DNA of 64,000 nt from an uncultured Planctomycetia bacterium (lineage in GTDB: Bacteria; Omnitrophota; Gorgyraeia; 2-02-FULL-51-18), in contig CAYODQ010000001.1 in the NCBI GenBank assembly GCA_964402785.1, positions 18,124-82,123 of the forward strand. The letters are read 5' to 3'. How positions within the stretch are numbered: position 1 is the stretch's first letter; every line of letters starts with the position of its first letter. The position numbers and the translations under genes were made by a program. The notes under the pieces were generated by a model. The model was not told the origin of the DNA, searched no databases, and saw nothing but the letters and a program-made list of their open reading frames with translations. This document shows positions 28,209 through 38,554 of the stretch, one piece after another.

Positions 28209-30176
28209 GTGAATTCTCCCGTAAAGGTCCTGCTGTTGGAAGACATGCAATCCGATGCGGATCTTATTTTCAATGAGCTGAAGGCATCCGGAATCTCATT
28301 TGATTTTAAGCATGTTGAATCGAAGTCGGATTTTGTAAAAGCTCTTATATATTTCAATCCACAACTTGTTCTCTCAGATTATATGGTGCAAGGCTACAGC
28401 GGTTTGGATGCTTTGCATGAGGTTCAAAAAAACTGTCCACTTTGCCCATTTATTTTTATTTCTTGGGAAATACATCAAGACTCTGTAGTGGAAGCACTCA
28501 AGGCAGGTGCCACAGATCACGTTTTTAAAGAAAGGATCGGGCGGCTAACATTTTCTGTACATCGCGCCCTTCGCGAAGCCAAGGAGAGGCAAGCTCTTGA
28601 GGCGGCGCACCGTGCGCTTCAGATCAGCGAGGAGTATTTCCGTTCTCTCATCGAAAATTCAAGCGATATCATCACCGTTATTGATCAAGCCGGGAAAATT
28701 TATTATGCCAGCCCATCCGTCGAGAAGGTTTTGGGCTACGATACCGCGGAATTTATCGGCCATCATTTATATGAATTCATACACCACGAAGACCACGAAA
28801 ATGCAAAATTCATCCTAAACGAGGAAGGCCAGAAGAAAGACGTGTCTCTGGAATTCCGTTTCCAGCATCATGATGGATCTTGGCGTGGTTTGGAGGCGAT
28901 TGGAAAGCGCGTAACGGTGGAGGGTGAGTCGCGAGTGATCTTGAACGCTCGGGATGTCACGGATCGTCTTTTGGAGCAAGAGGCGTTGCGTGAAAGTATT
29001 ATCCGACATCTCAAAACACAGACTGAGCTTCAGAAAACACAGCAGAGGATCATCCAGCAAGAGCGCTTGGCGGCGATTGGACAGATGGCCAGTGGTATTG
29101 CCCATGACTTTTCTAATGCTCTAATGCCTGTTCTGGGTTTTAGCGAGATCTTAATGAATCAACCAGAAGCGCTAAAAGACCTGACGAAAGTAAAAAAATA
29201 CCTAGAGATGATCAATACTTCCGCCAGAGACGCTATGCATATCGTAGGTGGTTTGAGAGATTTTTATCGCACCAAGGAAAAGAATGAACATTTGGTAGCG
29301 ACCAATGTGAATAAAGTGGTTGAGCAAGCTGTGATGTTGACGCAACCCAAATGGAAAGAGGAGAGCCGTGCCAAAGGGATAGAGATTGAAACGAAGATGG
29401 AGCTCAAAAATGTTCCGGATATGATCGCGAATGAATCTTCTCTTCGCGAGGCTTTGACCAATCTTATTTTTAATGCCGTAGATGCAATGCCGGAGGGCGG
29501 GAAGATCATTTTTAGGAGCCGAGAGGAGGATGGATACGTTCTTCTGGATGTCTCAGATACAGGGCAGGGTATGCCGGAGGATGTAAGAGAGCGCTGCTTT
29601 GAGCCTTTTTACTCGACCAAAGGAAAAGGTGGAACAGGTTTGGGATTGGCGATGGTGTACGGTGTTGTTCGTCGGCATGACGGGGCTATCGATGTCAAAA
29701 GTATTCAGGGGGTTGGAACCACGTTCATGATTCGTCTGCCTGTCAAACAAGTCAAAGGCAAGGACGTTGGTGTACCCGCTCCGGCGACCTTAGAAATGAG
29801 CCGAAAACTTTGGGTGCTTGTGGTGGATGATGAGCCCATGGTTCGCGAAGTCATGACCGAATATCTAAAAGGGGACGGCCATTCGGTGGACACGGCCTGC
29901 AATGGTGTCGAAGCGCTCAAAATATTCAAGGAAAAAAAATTCGACCTTATGATCACCGATCGCGCGATGCCTGAGATGAGTGGTGATCAGTTGACTCAGG
30001 AGATCAAAAAAATTTCTCCGCATATTCCGGTTATTATGTTGACAGGATTTGGCGAATTGATGAAAGCTAAAGGCGAACAACCCCAGGGAGTGAATTGTCT
30101 TTTAAGTAAACCGCTTACTTTTGAAGCCTATCGAAATGCGCTTTTGCGTGTTTTCCCACATGTTAAAAATGCTTAA
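28209..30176 (+). CDS. Hybrid histidine kinase (REC-PAS-HisKA-HATPase-REC)
   Basis: LLLED..SDY, PAS, GIAHDFSN, NLIFNAVDA, DTGQGM, GTGLGL, TDRAMP. Confidence 0.93.
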   Translation: MNSPVKVLLLEDMQSDADLIFNELKASGISFDFKHVESKSDFVKALIYFNPQLVLSDYMVQGYSGLDALHEVQKNCPLCPFIFISWEIHQDSVVEALKAGATDHVFKERIGRLTFSVHRALREAKERQALEAAHRALQISEEYFRSLIENSSDIITVIDQAGKIYYASPSVEKVLGYDTAEFIGHHLYEFIHHEDHENAKFILNEEGQKKDVSLEFRFQHHDGSWRGLEAIGKRVTVEGESRVILNARDVTDRLLEQEALRESIIRHLKTQTELQKTQQRIIQQERLAAIGQMASGIAHDFSNALMPVLGFSEILMNQPEALKDLTKVKKYLEMINTSARDAMHIVGGLRDFYRTKEKNEHLVATNVNKVVEQAVMLTQPKWKEESRAKGIEIETKMELKNVPDMIANESSLREALTNLIFNAVDAMPEGGKIIFRSREEDGYVLLDVSDTGQGMPEDVRERCFEPFYSTKGKGGTGLGLAMVYGVVRRHDGAIDVKSIQGVGTTFMIRLPVKQVKGKDVGVPAPATLEMSRKLWVLVVDDEPMVREVMTEYLKGDGHSVDTACNGVEALKIFKEKKFDLMITDRAMPEMSGDQLTQEIKKISPHIPVIMLTGFGELMKAKGEQPQGVNCLLSKPLTFEAYRNALLRVFPHVKNA

Positions 30177-30185
30177 ATACGTTTG

Positions 30186-30214
30186 TTGACACTCGCTTCC
30201 AGCGGGAGTATACT
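30186..30214 (+). promoter_or_regulatory. Sigma70-type promoter
   Basis: TTGACA-17 bp-TATACT upstream of the PG-binding lipoprotein gene. Confidence 0.7.
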
Positions 30215-30271
30215 CCATTTCAGTTTGAAATTTCGCTCACAAATTGACCCCGAAAAAAGGAAGGAAATGCG

Positions 30272-30802
30272 ATGAAGCATTGGAAAGTTGGATCAGTTGC
30301 GTTGCTAGTCATTATTTTTGCAGCCAGTGGTTGTGCCAAGAAGTCAACAGAGCAGGCAAGTATCGCGGGAACGGGTTTTGACTCGCTTTCCTCCACAGAA
30401 GAGTTGGCACAGTTGCCATCGACTTCTACTGCCAGCCAACAGGGCGCCGTTGAGGTGCTTCCGATCGAAACATCGCCCATTACTCAGGGTGTTCCTCCGA
30501 TCGCGGGACCCACATCCTCTCAAGCCACTTTGTCAGCTGGGACCGTGACAGAAGCGGTATCCGCTGTTGCTGGTTCACTGACTCGTGATCAGCAAATTCA
30601 AACCGCACTTAAGAACGCTGGTTTGTACGCCGGAAATATTGACGGAAAGATCGGCCCTGCATCCAAGCGTGCTATCCAAGAGTTTCAACGTCAAAATAAT
30701 TTAAAAGCAGACGGAAAAGTCGGCCCCAAGACTTGGGCTGCCATGGAACACTACTTGCAGGGTGCTCCCGAAACACAGACTCAGCAAAGCGTCGATCAGT
30801 AA
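30272..30802 (+). CDS. Lipoprotein with C-terminal peptidoglycan-binding (PG_binding_1) domain
   Basis: Lipobox ASGC; low-complexity linker; IQTALKNAG..GNIDGKIGP...FQ...LKADGKVGPKTW. Confidence 0.88.
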   Translation: MKHWKVGSVALLVIIFAASGCAKKSTEQASIAGTGFDSLSSTEELAQLPSTSTASQQGAVEVLPIETSPITQGVPPIAGPTSSQATLSAGTVTEAVSAVAGSLTRDQQIQTALKNAGLYAGNIDGKIGPASKRAIQEFQRQNNLKADGKVGPKTWAAMEHYLQGAPETQTQQSVDQ

Positions 30803-30821
30803 CAATACTTGGTTCGAATCT

Positions 30822-30865
30822 CCGCCCTTTCTTGGCTCCGCGCGAGCTTGGAAAGGGCGGTTTTT
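30822..30865 (+). terminator. Intrinsic terminator
   Basis: CCGCCCTTTC...GAAAGGGCGG followed by TTTTT. Confidence 0.7.
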
Positions 30866-30938
30866 ATTTGTTTAAATCCTCAGTCCTCTATATAATAAAC
30901 TTTCGTAATTTTAATGTTCGTAACGGATCGGAGTATCT

Positions 30939-31457
30939 GTGATCAGAAGAGTTTTGATCGTAACTTTTTTGTTTTTGGCGTATCTTGTTTCGCCGGCATT
31001 TGCAGAGAAGGGTGTGGCTCGTATTCGTGCAACACAGGAAGGTAAGAGTTACACGGGCAATGTTTTGTTTGAGGACACGGATAACGGTCTTAAAGTATCG
31101 GCTGAGCTGCAAGGATTTGTTCCAGGCGACCATGGATTTCATATCCACCAGTTTGGCGACTGTTCCGACACCGGCAAAGCAGCCGGAGGCCACTACAATC
31201 CAGATGGAGCACCGCACGGACTCATCACCAAAGATGGTGTTCAGCACGCCCATGCCGGCGATATGGGCAATGTGACCATCGGGCCGGATGGAACAGGTAA
31301 GGCAGTGGTGGTGATCCCAGCTCTCAGCCTGCTGTCGGGACCATACGCTGTTGCGGGCCGCAGTGTGATCGTACACGAGAATAAAGACGACTTTAGCCAA
31401 CCCCTCGGAAATGCGGGCTCCCGTGTTGGTTGCGGAGAGATCGTTATTTCATCATGA
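30939..31457 (+). CDS. sodC: Periplasmic Cu/Zn superoxide dismutase
   Basis: HGFHIH, GGHYNP, HAGDMGN, GRSVIVH, GNAGSRVGCG. Confidence 0.93.
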   Translation: MIRRVLIVTFLFLAYLVSPAFAEKGVARIRATQEGKSYTGNVLFEDTDNGLKVSAELQGFVPGDHGFHIHQFGDCSDTGKAAGGHYNPDGAPHGLITKDGVQHAHAGDMGNVTIGPDGTGKAVVVIPALSLLSGPYAVAGRSVIVHENKDDFSQPLGNAGSRVGCGEIVISS

Positions 31458-32968
31458 ATTTGATATTTCCGTTTTTGTTATCTCAAACGGAATCCACTTC
31501 GGTTGTTTCCCCGACAGCCGTGATCGTTATTCTGTCCTCCATTTTCGTTGCTATTGTGACCGCGTTTGCGCTAAATCGCGCAGCTCATTCTAAAAAAGAA
31601 ATTCGTATTGAAAGCGGATCTATTCCCAAAAAAGAATTTGTGGCTGAAAACCCGGCCACAACAACCGCCCTCAAAGAAAAATTAGCCAGGCTTCCTGTTC
31701 GAATACCCGACCGTGACAATACGATCCAGGAAATATCCAAGATAATCGAAGAGGAGACCGAAACGCGCCTGAAAGAAGTGAAACAAGAATATTCCGTCAA
31801 ATACCAGGTCATGGTCCAGGAAAAAAATAAAGAAGTGGAAGGTGTCCGGCGTGAATTCAATAAGACGGTCGAAAAATACGACGAGGTGAAGCGTCTTTAT
31901 AAACGCACCGAGATCGAAAAAAAGAATACAGAAGCAGTTGTGAAGAGTATTGCGGATGGGCTAGTGGTGGTCAATGACAAAGGTGAGGTTTTGTTGATGA
32001 ATCCAGCCGCCGAGAAGATACTTGGCACGCAAAGCCAAAAAAAAGTTGGAAAAAATGTGATGGAGGGGCTGGGTTCTGAGCATCTTGTATCCATGAGCCG
32101 CCAGTTGGACGAGAGCGGGGAGAAGGTGGTGGAATACACCTCCAAAGATGAGAATGTCAAAAAAGTGATACGCTCTTCAAGTGCCGTGATCCAGAACGAG
32201 GACGGACAAACGATAGGTATGGTCAATGTGTTGACGGATGTGACCAAACAAAAAGAGTTGGATGAGATCAAAACACGTTTTGTTTCCAATGTCACCCATG
32301 AGCTTCGTACACCGATCGTGGCCATGCAAAAGGCGATCGAGATCCTGATGGACAAAAAAGGCCCTCCGCTTAGTGATATGCAGCAAAACTTTTTGGGGAT
32401 TGTGCAGCGCAATATGGCAATGCTTTCACGTTTGGTGGAAGATCTGCTGGATATGGCTAAGATCGAGTCCGGTAAGATGCGCCTTAAGTTTTTGCCGGTC
32501 AGGATCGATAAAGTGGTGAGCGATGCCTGCGAAGCGCTGGTGACTTGGGCCAACTCCAAAGAAATCCAGCTCGAGAAGGACATTGATAAAAGTTTACCCG
32601 AATTGACCGTGGATTCTGTTAAAATAACTCAGGTATTGAATAACTTGATAGGAAATGCTATCAAGTTTACGCCCAAGACGGGCAAAATATTCGTCAGTTG
32701 TGGCTGGCATGATGCTCAAAATGTTAAAATAGCGGTTCGCGATACGGGTGTTGGTATCGCAAAAGAGAATATCGCTAAGTTGTTCGGGCGCTTTGAGCAG
32801 TTTGGTGATTTACAAGGGATCAGTGGTACGGGGCTCGGTTTATGCATCTCCAAGGAGATCGTGGAGAGGCATGGCGGCAAGATTTGGGTGGAAAGTGAAG
32901 AAAAAAAAGGGGCGACGTTTACGTTTACGCTCCCCATTAAGCAGCAAGCAGTGATAGGAGGCGTTTGA
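31454..32968 (+). CDS. Sensor histidine kinase (TM, coiled coil, PAS, HisKA, HATPase)
   Basis: [30 protein letters not shown]. Confidence 0.92.
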   Translation: MNLIFPFLLSQTESTSVVSPTAVIVILSSIFVAIVTAFALNRAAHSKKEIRIESGSIPKKEFVAENPATTTALKEKLARLPVRIPDRDNTIQEISKIIEEETETRLKEVKQEYSVKYQVMVQEKNKEVEGVRREFNKTVEKYDEVKRLYKRTEIEKKNTEAVVKSIADGLVVVNDKGEVLLMNPAAEKILGTQSQKKVGKNVMEGLGSEHLVSMSRQLDESGEKVVEYTSKDENVKKVIRSSSAVIQNEDGQTIGMVNVLTDVTKQKELDEIKTRFVSNVTHELRTPIVAMQKAIEILMDKKGPPLSDMQQNFLGIVQRNMAMLSRLVEDLLDMAKIESGKMRLKFLPVRIDKVVSDACEALVTWANSKEIQLEKDIDKSLPELTVDSVKITQVLNNLIGNAIKFTPKTGKIFVSCGWHDAQNVKIAVRDTGVGIAKENIAKLFGRFEQFGDLQGISGTGLGLCISKEIVERHGGKIWVESEEKKGATFTFTLPIKQQAVIGGV

Positions 32969-33363
32969 TGGCGAAGGAAATTTGTATTTTATTTGTCGAT
33001 GATCAGCCGGATTTTTTGGAGACGATGACGTATTGGATGCGTAATCGTGGCTATCAAGTGATCACTGCTGGTGGCGGCCCCGAGGGTATAGATCTTCTCA
33101 AGAAAAATGAACAAGTAGATATCGTTTTCGCCGATTTTAAAATGGAAGGCATGAACGGTATCGAAATGATCACCAAGATCCGAGAGTTCAATAAAACGAT
33201 CCCGATCGTGATGGTCACGGCGCATGCAGACGATGCCATGATCCATAAGACCAAAGACCTCAATATCTCAGGTTTCTTCTCAAAAATGGGTGGTTTTGAG
33301 GATCTGGAACAGGTGATCGAAGTGGTGCTTCGCAGCATCAAGCGATCGAAGGGCAACGCCTGA
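32968..33363 (+). CDS. Single-domain response regulator
   Basis: LFVDD, VFADFKM, MVTAH, FFSK. Confidence 0.88.
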   Translation: MAKEICILFVDDQPDFLETMTYWMRNRGYQVITAGGGPEGIDLLKKNEQVDIVFADFKMEGMNGIEMITKIREFNKTIPIVMVTAHADDAMIHKTKDLNISGFFSKMGGFEDLEQVIEVVLRSIKRSKGNA

Positions 33364-33373
33364 GGTTTTTTAC

Positions 33374-34507
33374 ATGAATCTCAAAGCAGCTATTTTTTTT
33401 CTACTCTGCTTTACTATTACTACATCTCTCCTGGCCGAAGACAATGATGTTGTTTTGGGTTTGGTAGCGCCGCTTACGGGTGACCAGTCGTTCATTGGCA
33501 TTGGTATGAGGCAGGGCGCCGAGCTCGCTATCGAAGACGCCAATATCAAGGGCCCTATTTTTGGGGCATCCAAGATCAAGCTTCAAGCCGAAGACGACCA
33601 GCACAACCCAACCCAAGCTGTTCTAGCCGCCAATAAACTCATCGCCAATCCGGATGTGATGGCAGTTGTCGGACATTTTAATTCCAGCTGCACGAAAGCC
33701 GCCTCCACGATCTATCATGAAGCGCGGCTGACTCAAGCAACACCCGCCTCCACCAACCCCGAGATCTCGCAGCAAGGATTTGATACTTTTTTTCGTATGT
33801 GTGCGACCGATGATGTGCAAGCGCCCGCTGCAGCTGAGTTCGTCAAAAATGATCTGCATGTATCGGAGATCGTGGTCATCGATGATCAAACCACTTATGG
33901 CCGAGGGCTGGCGAACGAGTTCGAAAAAAAATTCAAATCAATGGGCGGTGTTGTGCTTCATCGGGATGGTATTACTCAGGGAGATAAGGATTTTATGTCT
34001 CTTTTGACCAAGGTCAAATCCAAAAAACCGCAGGCTGTCTTTTTTGGTGGCATCTATCCTGAGATGGCTTTGCTGTTGAAACAATCCAAAAAGGTGGGCC
34101 TCAAAGCTCCTTGGATAGGGGGCGATGGGATCTATGATGCGACACTTATTCAGCTGGCCTCACCCGAACTTGCTGAGGGCACCTACGCCACGATGTTGGG
34201 GGTAGATCCTAAAAGTTTGCCTGCCGCACAGGATTTTGTGACGCGTTACGAAGCGAGGTTTGGGGCGTTGGGGTCGTATTCCGCTTACGGTTATGATACG
34301 GCAGCGATCCTGATCGAAGCTATTCGCCGCGCGGGTAAAAAGGATCGTGAGGCTGTATTATCCGAGATGAAAAAAATGAAAGATTTCCCCGGGATCCTGG
34401 GTGCCGTCAATTTTGACGCCAAGGGTGATGCGATCGGGCGAAGTGTGGGTGTGTTCAAGGTCGAAAACGGCAAGTTCATTTTTATCAAAGAAATGAAATC
34501 CAATTAG
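33374..34507 (+). CDS. livK: Branched-chain amino acid ABC transporter substrate-binding protein
   Basis: APLTG, EDDQHNP, VVGHFNSS, DQTTYGRGLA; heads the liv operon. Confidence 0.88.
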   Translation: MNLKAAIFFLLCFTITTSLLAEDNDVVLGLVAPLTGDQSFIGIGMRQGAELAIEDANIKGPIFGASKIKLQAEDDQHNPTQAVLAANKLIANPDVMAVVGHFNSSCTKAASTIYHEARLTQATPASTNPEISQQGFDTFFRMCATDDVQAPAAAEFVKNDLHVSEIVVIDDQTTYGRGLANEFEKKFKSMGGVVLHRDGITQGDKDFMSLLTKVKSKKPQAVFFGGIYPEMALLLKQSKKVGLKAPWIGGDGIYDATLIQLASPELAEGTYATMLGVDPKSLPAAQDFVTRYEARFGALGSYSAYGYDTAAILIEAIRRAGKKDREAVLSEMKKMKDFPGILGAVNFDAKGDAIGRSVGVFKVENGKFIFIKEMKSN

Positions 34508-35413
34508 TTGCAGCTTTTTTTTCAGCAATTATCCAACGGCCTTACGGTAGGCCTTATATACGCGCTGATCGCTCTGGGTTACACCATGGTGTACGGCGTT
34601 CTTCAGCTTATCAATTTTGCGCATGGTGAAGTGTTCATGGTGGGTGGTTATTTAGCGCTCACTGCGATAGCCTTGACCACATTTCTTTGGCCCAACCTAC
34701 CATTCTGGCTGGCTATTCCATTGGTTGTGATCTTTACTGTCCTTGGAACCTCTTTTTTGGGAGCTCTGATTGAAAAGACGGCTTACCGGCCTTTGCGCGG
34801 TTCTCCCAAGTTGACCGCATTGATCAGCTCTATCGGAATATCATTTTTTCTTCAGAACATCGTAATGCTGATCTATGGTTCTAAGGAACAGGTGGTGCCT
34901 GAAATTCTTCCTTCATGGCAGGTCGACGTGGGTGACGTCACGATCACGCTAGTACAGGTGATCATTTTGATCATATCGGTCAGCCTCATGGTTTTTTTAA
35001 ATTGGTTCATACGTTCCACACGAACCGGCCGGGCGATGCGGGCTGTGTCTGAGGACACAGAAGCGGCTTATCTTATGGGAATATCAGTGAATCGCGTTAT
35101 CCAAGCTACATTTGTATTGGGCTCAGCGTTGGCGGCTGTGGGAGGCACTCTTTTTGCTATGAATTACGGAAGTCTCAATTTTCACGATGGCTATATGGCA
35201 GGGCTCAAGGCGTTTACGGCGGCTGTTTTTGGCGGCATCGGATCCATCTCAGGCGCTATGCTGGGCGGCGTATTATTGGGAGTTTTTGAGGTTTTTGGAG
35301 CGGGTTATATTTCATCCGAATGGAAAGATGTTTTTGCATTTGTTCTCTTAGTGGTCATGCTGCTTTTTAAGCCATCCGGTATTTTGGGTGAGCCTACTTC
35401 GGAAAAAGTTTAA
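34508..35413 (+). CDS. livH: Branched-chain amino acid ABC transporter permease
   Basis: YALIALGYTMVYG..LINFAHG, GRAMRA, LKAFTAAVFGGIG. Confidence 0.93.
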   Translation: MQLFFQQLSNGLTVGLIYALIALGYTMVYGVLQLINFAHGEVFMVGGYLALTAIALTTFLWPNLPFWLAIPLVVIFTVLGTSFLGALIEKTAYRPLRGSPKLTALISSIGISFFLQNIVMLIYGSKEQVVPEILPSWQVDVGDVTITLVQVIILIISVSLMVFLNWFIRSTRTGRAMRAVSEDTEAAYLMGISVNRVIQATFVLGSALAAVGGTLFAMNYGSLNFHDGYMAGLKAFTAAVFGGIGSISGAMLGGVLLGVFEVFGAGYISSEWKDVFAFVLLVVMLLFKPSGILGEPTSEKV

Positions 35414-36379
35414 GTGAAATTTTTTAAACATCCCATTCTAAGATATCTACTTCCTTTTGCGCTTATCCCGCTCGTCGATCACAACCGTTATCACCTCGAC
35501 GTGCTGACCGGCGTGGGTTTGTATGCGTTATTGGCAGTGGGACTGAATGTTGTTGTCGGGATGGCGGGATTGCTTAATTTAGGATATGCCGCATTTTTTG
35601 CCATCGGAGCCTATACGTGTGCTTTGGCCAATTTGCATTGGCATTGGAATTTTTGGCTTAGCCTGCCGCTTGCCGGACTTGTTTCTATGTTGTTTGGGTT
35701 TCTGATCGGGCTTCCATCTATTCGCGTGCGTGGAGATTATCTTGCGATCACGACGCTGGGTTTTGGGGAGATCGTCAGGATCTCTTTCAATAATCTAGAC
35801 ACCTGGACCGGCGGCCCCAATGGTTTGCTGGGAATATCCCGCCCGACCGTTTTTGGTTACACTTTTTCTGTGAATCCCGAGCCATATTATTATCTGATCT
35901 TATTTTTGTTGGCCAGCACGATCTATTTTCTATTGCGATTAAGTGACTCCAAAATGGGGCGGGCTTTGGTGGCGATCCGCGAGGATGAGCTGGCAGCTTC
36001 CTGTATGGGTATTCCCGTTGTACAGGTGAAGCTGGTGGCATTTGGGATCAGTTCTTTTATTGCCGGGATGGCGGGCGCTTTTTTTGCATCCAAACAAACG
36101 ATGATCACGCCTGATAGTTTTGATTTTGTGTTCTCTGTTTTGATCTTGGCGATGGTGGTGTTGGGCGGTATGGGCAATATTTGGGGCGCGGTTCTGGGGG
36201 CGCTGGTTCTAGGTTTATTGCCTGAGCTTTTGCGTAGTTTTGCAGCGTATCGCATGCTCATTTTTGGGGTGCTCATGATCGTGATGATGATCTTCCGGCC
36301 TCAAGGGATATTGGGAAATCACATTATTAGCCGGGAGCTTAGATCCAGAAAATCCGAGGTTGAAGATGCCTCTTCTTGA
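35414..36379 (+). CDS. livM: Branched-chain amino acid ABC transporter permease
   Basis: GLNVVVGMAGLLNLG, RGDYLAITTLGFGEI, AIREDE. Confidence 0.93.
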   Translation: MKFFKHPILRYLLPFALIPLVDHNRYHLDVLTGVGLYALLAVGLNVVVGMAGLLNLGYAAFFAIGAYTCALANLHWHWNFWLSLPLAGLVSMLFGFLIGLPSIRVRGDYLAITTLGFGEIVRISFNNLDTWTGGPNGLLGISRPTVFGYTFSVNPEPYYYLILFLLASTIYFLLRLSDSKMGRALVAIREDELAASCMGIPVVQVKLVAFGISSFIAGMAGAFFASKQTMITPDSFDFVFSVLILAMVVLGGMGNIWGAVLGALVLGLLPELLRSFAAYRMLIFGVLMIVMMIFRPQGILGNHIISRELRSRKSEVEDASS

Positions 36380-37133
36380 AGTGGAGTCCGTTTCCAAACG
36401 GTTTGGCGGTGTCCAGGCGCTCAAGAATGTCAGCCTGACGATCTCCGAGGGGGAGATCGTGGGTTTGATCGGACCCAACGGTGCCGGAAAAACCTCATTT
36501 TTTAATTGCATCACCGGGCTTATGCCGATCGATGAGGGGCAGGTTTTACTCATGGAGAGGAGTATTTCTCTCAAGTCTCTGGCACCTCATCGGATTCTTG
36601 AAAGTGGCGTGGCGCGCACTTTTCAAAATTTAAGGATATTTAAGAATATGACTGCGCTGGAGAACGTGGCAGTTGGTTTTCATTCACGTATTCGGTATGG
36701 GATCTGGGAATCCACGATTCGTTCCAAAAGGTTCGCAGAAGAGGAGAAGATGATCTTTCAGAGAAGCCATGATCTTTTGAAGTTGATCGGGCTGGAGAAT
36801 AAGGGTAATGAGATCGCTGGCAATCTATCCTATGGCGGCCAAAAGCGCCTTGAGATAGCGCGCGCATTGGCGTCCGAGCCCAAACTGCTGCTTTTGGATG
36901 AGCCGGTGGCGGGTATGAACCCAACCGAGAAAGAAGAGCTTTCGGATCTGATCCGTAAGATCCGGTCGCGCAATGTTGCTATTCTACTCATCGAGCATGA
37001 TATGAAGGTCGTAATGCCTTTGTCGCAGAGGATCGTGGTCTTGGATGAAGGACAAAAGATCGCCGAAGGCACCGCCGATAAGGTCAAGAACGATCCTCGT
37101 GTTATCAAGGCTTATCTGGGAGAGTCGCTCTGA
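36366..37133 (+). CDS. livG: Branched-chain amino acid ABC transporter ATP-binding protein
   Basis: GPNGAGKT, RTFQN, LSYGGQKRLEIARA, LLDEP, IEHDM. Confidence 0.93.
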   Translation: MPLLEVESVSKRFGGVQALKNVSLTISEGEIVGLIGPNGAGKTSFFNCITGLMPIDEGQVLLMERSISLKSLAPHRILESGVARTFQNLRIFKNMTALENVAVGFHSRIRYGIWESTIRSKRFAEEEKMIFQRSHDLLKLIGLENKGNEIAGNLSYGGQKRLEIARALASEPKLLLLDEPVAGMNPTEKEELSDLIRKIRSRNVAILLIEHDMKVVMPLSQRIVVLDEGQKIAEGTADKVKNDPRVIKAYLGESL

Positions 37134-37840
37134 TGCTAGAGATGAGGCATGTTTATACACGGTATGGCCAGGTGGAGTGCCTGAAAGGCATTAACTTTAA
37201 GGTTCAAGAAAATGAGATCGTTGCACTCCTCGGAGCCAATGGTGCCGGAAAGACCACGGTTCTCAAAACTCTTTCTGGTTTAGTACGTCCCACGGCCGGC
37301 GAAGTTCTATTTCAGGGTAAAAAAATATCTTCATTATCACCGGAGACGATCGTGCGGGTTGGCATCTCACATGTACCTGAAGGCCGCAAAATTTTTCAAA
37401 AATTGACCGTGTTGGAAAATCTGGCTTTGGGGGCTTACACAAGGCGCGATGCCGCACAGATCAAAAAGGACATGGAGAGCAACTTTGAACTTTTTCCCAT
37501 TTTAGAAAATCGCAGACATCAGAAAGCCGGGACATTGTCTGGGGGTGAGCAGCAAATGCTGGCGCTGGCCAGGGCGCTGATGGCACGCCCATCTGTGCTT
37601 TTGTTGGACGAACCGTCGCTGGGGTTGGCTCCCATATTTGTTTCCACGATCTTTAAAATGATCGAAACTATCCACCGCCAAGGCAAAACGATCTTGATCG
37701 TGGAGCAAAATGCGAGCATGGCGCTAAAGATCGCCAGTCGCGCGTATGTTCTGGAGATAGGGCAGATTGTTTTGGAGGGAGATGCAAAAACGGTGAAGAG
37801 CAGTGCTGCGGTTCAAGAAGCTTACCTGGGTGGCTCTTAG
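37133..37840 (+). CDS. livF: Branched-chain amino acid ABC transporter ATP-binding protein
   Basis: GANGAGKTT, VPEGR, LSGGEQQML, DEPSLGLAP, VEQNA. Confidence 0.93.
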   Translation: MLEMRHVYTRYGQVECLKGINFKVQENEIVALLGANGAGKTTVLKTLSGLVRPTAGEVLFQGKKISSLSPETIVRVGISHVPEGRKIFQKLTVLENLALGAYTRRDAAQIKKDMESNFELFPILENRRHQKAGTLSGGEQQMLALARALMARPSVLLLDEPSLGLAPIFVSTIFKMIETIHRQGKTILIVEQNASMALKIASRAYVLEIGQIVLEGDAKTVKSSAAVQEAYLGGS

Positions 37841-37847
37841 AGTATTT

Positions 37848-38057
37848 TTAGATCGCCTTTTTCTTCAAGACAAAACAAAGGTTCTTCTTTTCATCCATGG
37901 TGATATCCAGCGTGCGATCCTGAAGCGCTTTTTTATGCTGCCTGCAGAGTAGGACAGGGAACATGTCATCCGGCTGCGGCATCACATTGGTCACCGTTTC
38001 AATGTCCACGTGTTCTTCGGTACCGCACACTGAGCATATTTTTTCGAGCTTGGGCAT
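37848..38057 (-). CDS. Small hypothetical protein with CxxC...CxxH putative zinc site
   Basis: CSVC and CRQH; AAGAGG RBS; fills the intergenic gap. Confidence 0.65.
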   Translation of the reverse strand: MPKLEKICSVCGTEEHVDIETVTNVMPQPDDMFPVLLCRQHKKALQDRTLDITMDEKKNLCFVLKKKAI

Positions 38058-38158
38058 CTATAACCTCTTAAGGAGAGCTATCTTAACACAAAACACTGAT
38101 TTTCATCCACCACTTAAAGATGCTTAATCTTGATGAACGTTTATGCTAGAATACCGCC

Positions 38159-38548
38159 ATGACAACGCACAGATCTCTCAATAAATTAGAATTCAAGGCT
38201 CATATGAGCATTCACGATATGGTGGATGTGAAAGAGGGCGAGACCCATGAAACCAATTACACGCGTGATCGGTTTGGGAGGACTCATCGTTTAGCCAATG
38301 AAGATGGGTCTAAGCGAATACAGATCTTGCGCCACATGGTATTGGCGGGATTTTTCGTGTCATCACTATTGGCGGGTTCATTTGCGACGGCAAGCCCCAA
38401 CACTAAGGTTTCGAGTGACGATATGTCGAGTTTTTGGGGAATCGGTTTCAATGAAGAAAAAGAAGAGCCGTTCAATTTTTTAAAAAACGGGGACACCGCC
38501 TTGGGCTTCAATGAAGATGGTGACCCTAGTTTGAGCACTCGGTTTTAG
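38159..38548 (+). CDS. Hypothetical protein with central hydrophobic helix
   Basis: Fills the gap before the carboxypeptidase gene; extended -10 TGcTAGAAT 6 nt before ATG. Confidence 0.55.
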   Translation: MTTHRSLNKLEFKAHMSIHDMVDVKEGETHETNYTRDRFGRTHRLANEDGSKRIQILRHMVLAGFFVSSLLAGSFATASPNTKVSSDDMSSFWGIGFNEEKEEPFNFLKNGDTALGFNEDGDPSLSTRF

Positions 38549-38554
38549 AGAGGC

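Noticed and set aside
30811-30823. GGTTCGAATC tRNA T-loop-like motif
   Set aside because: The flanks do not form a T-stem or cloverleaf; the sequence runs into a terminator hairpin.
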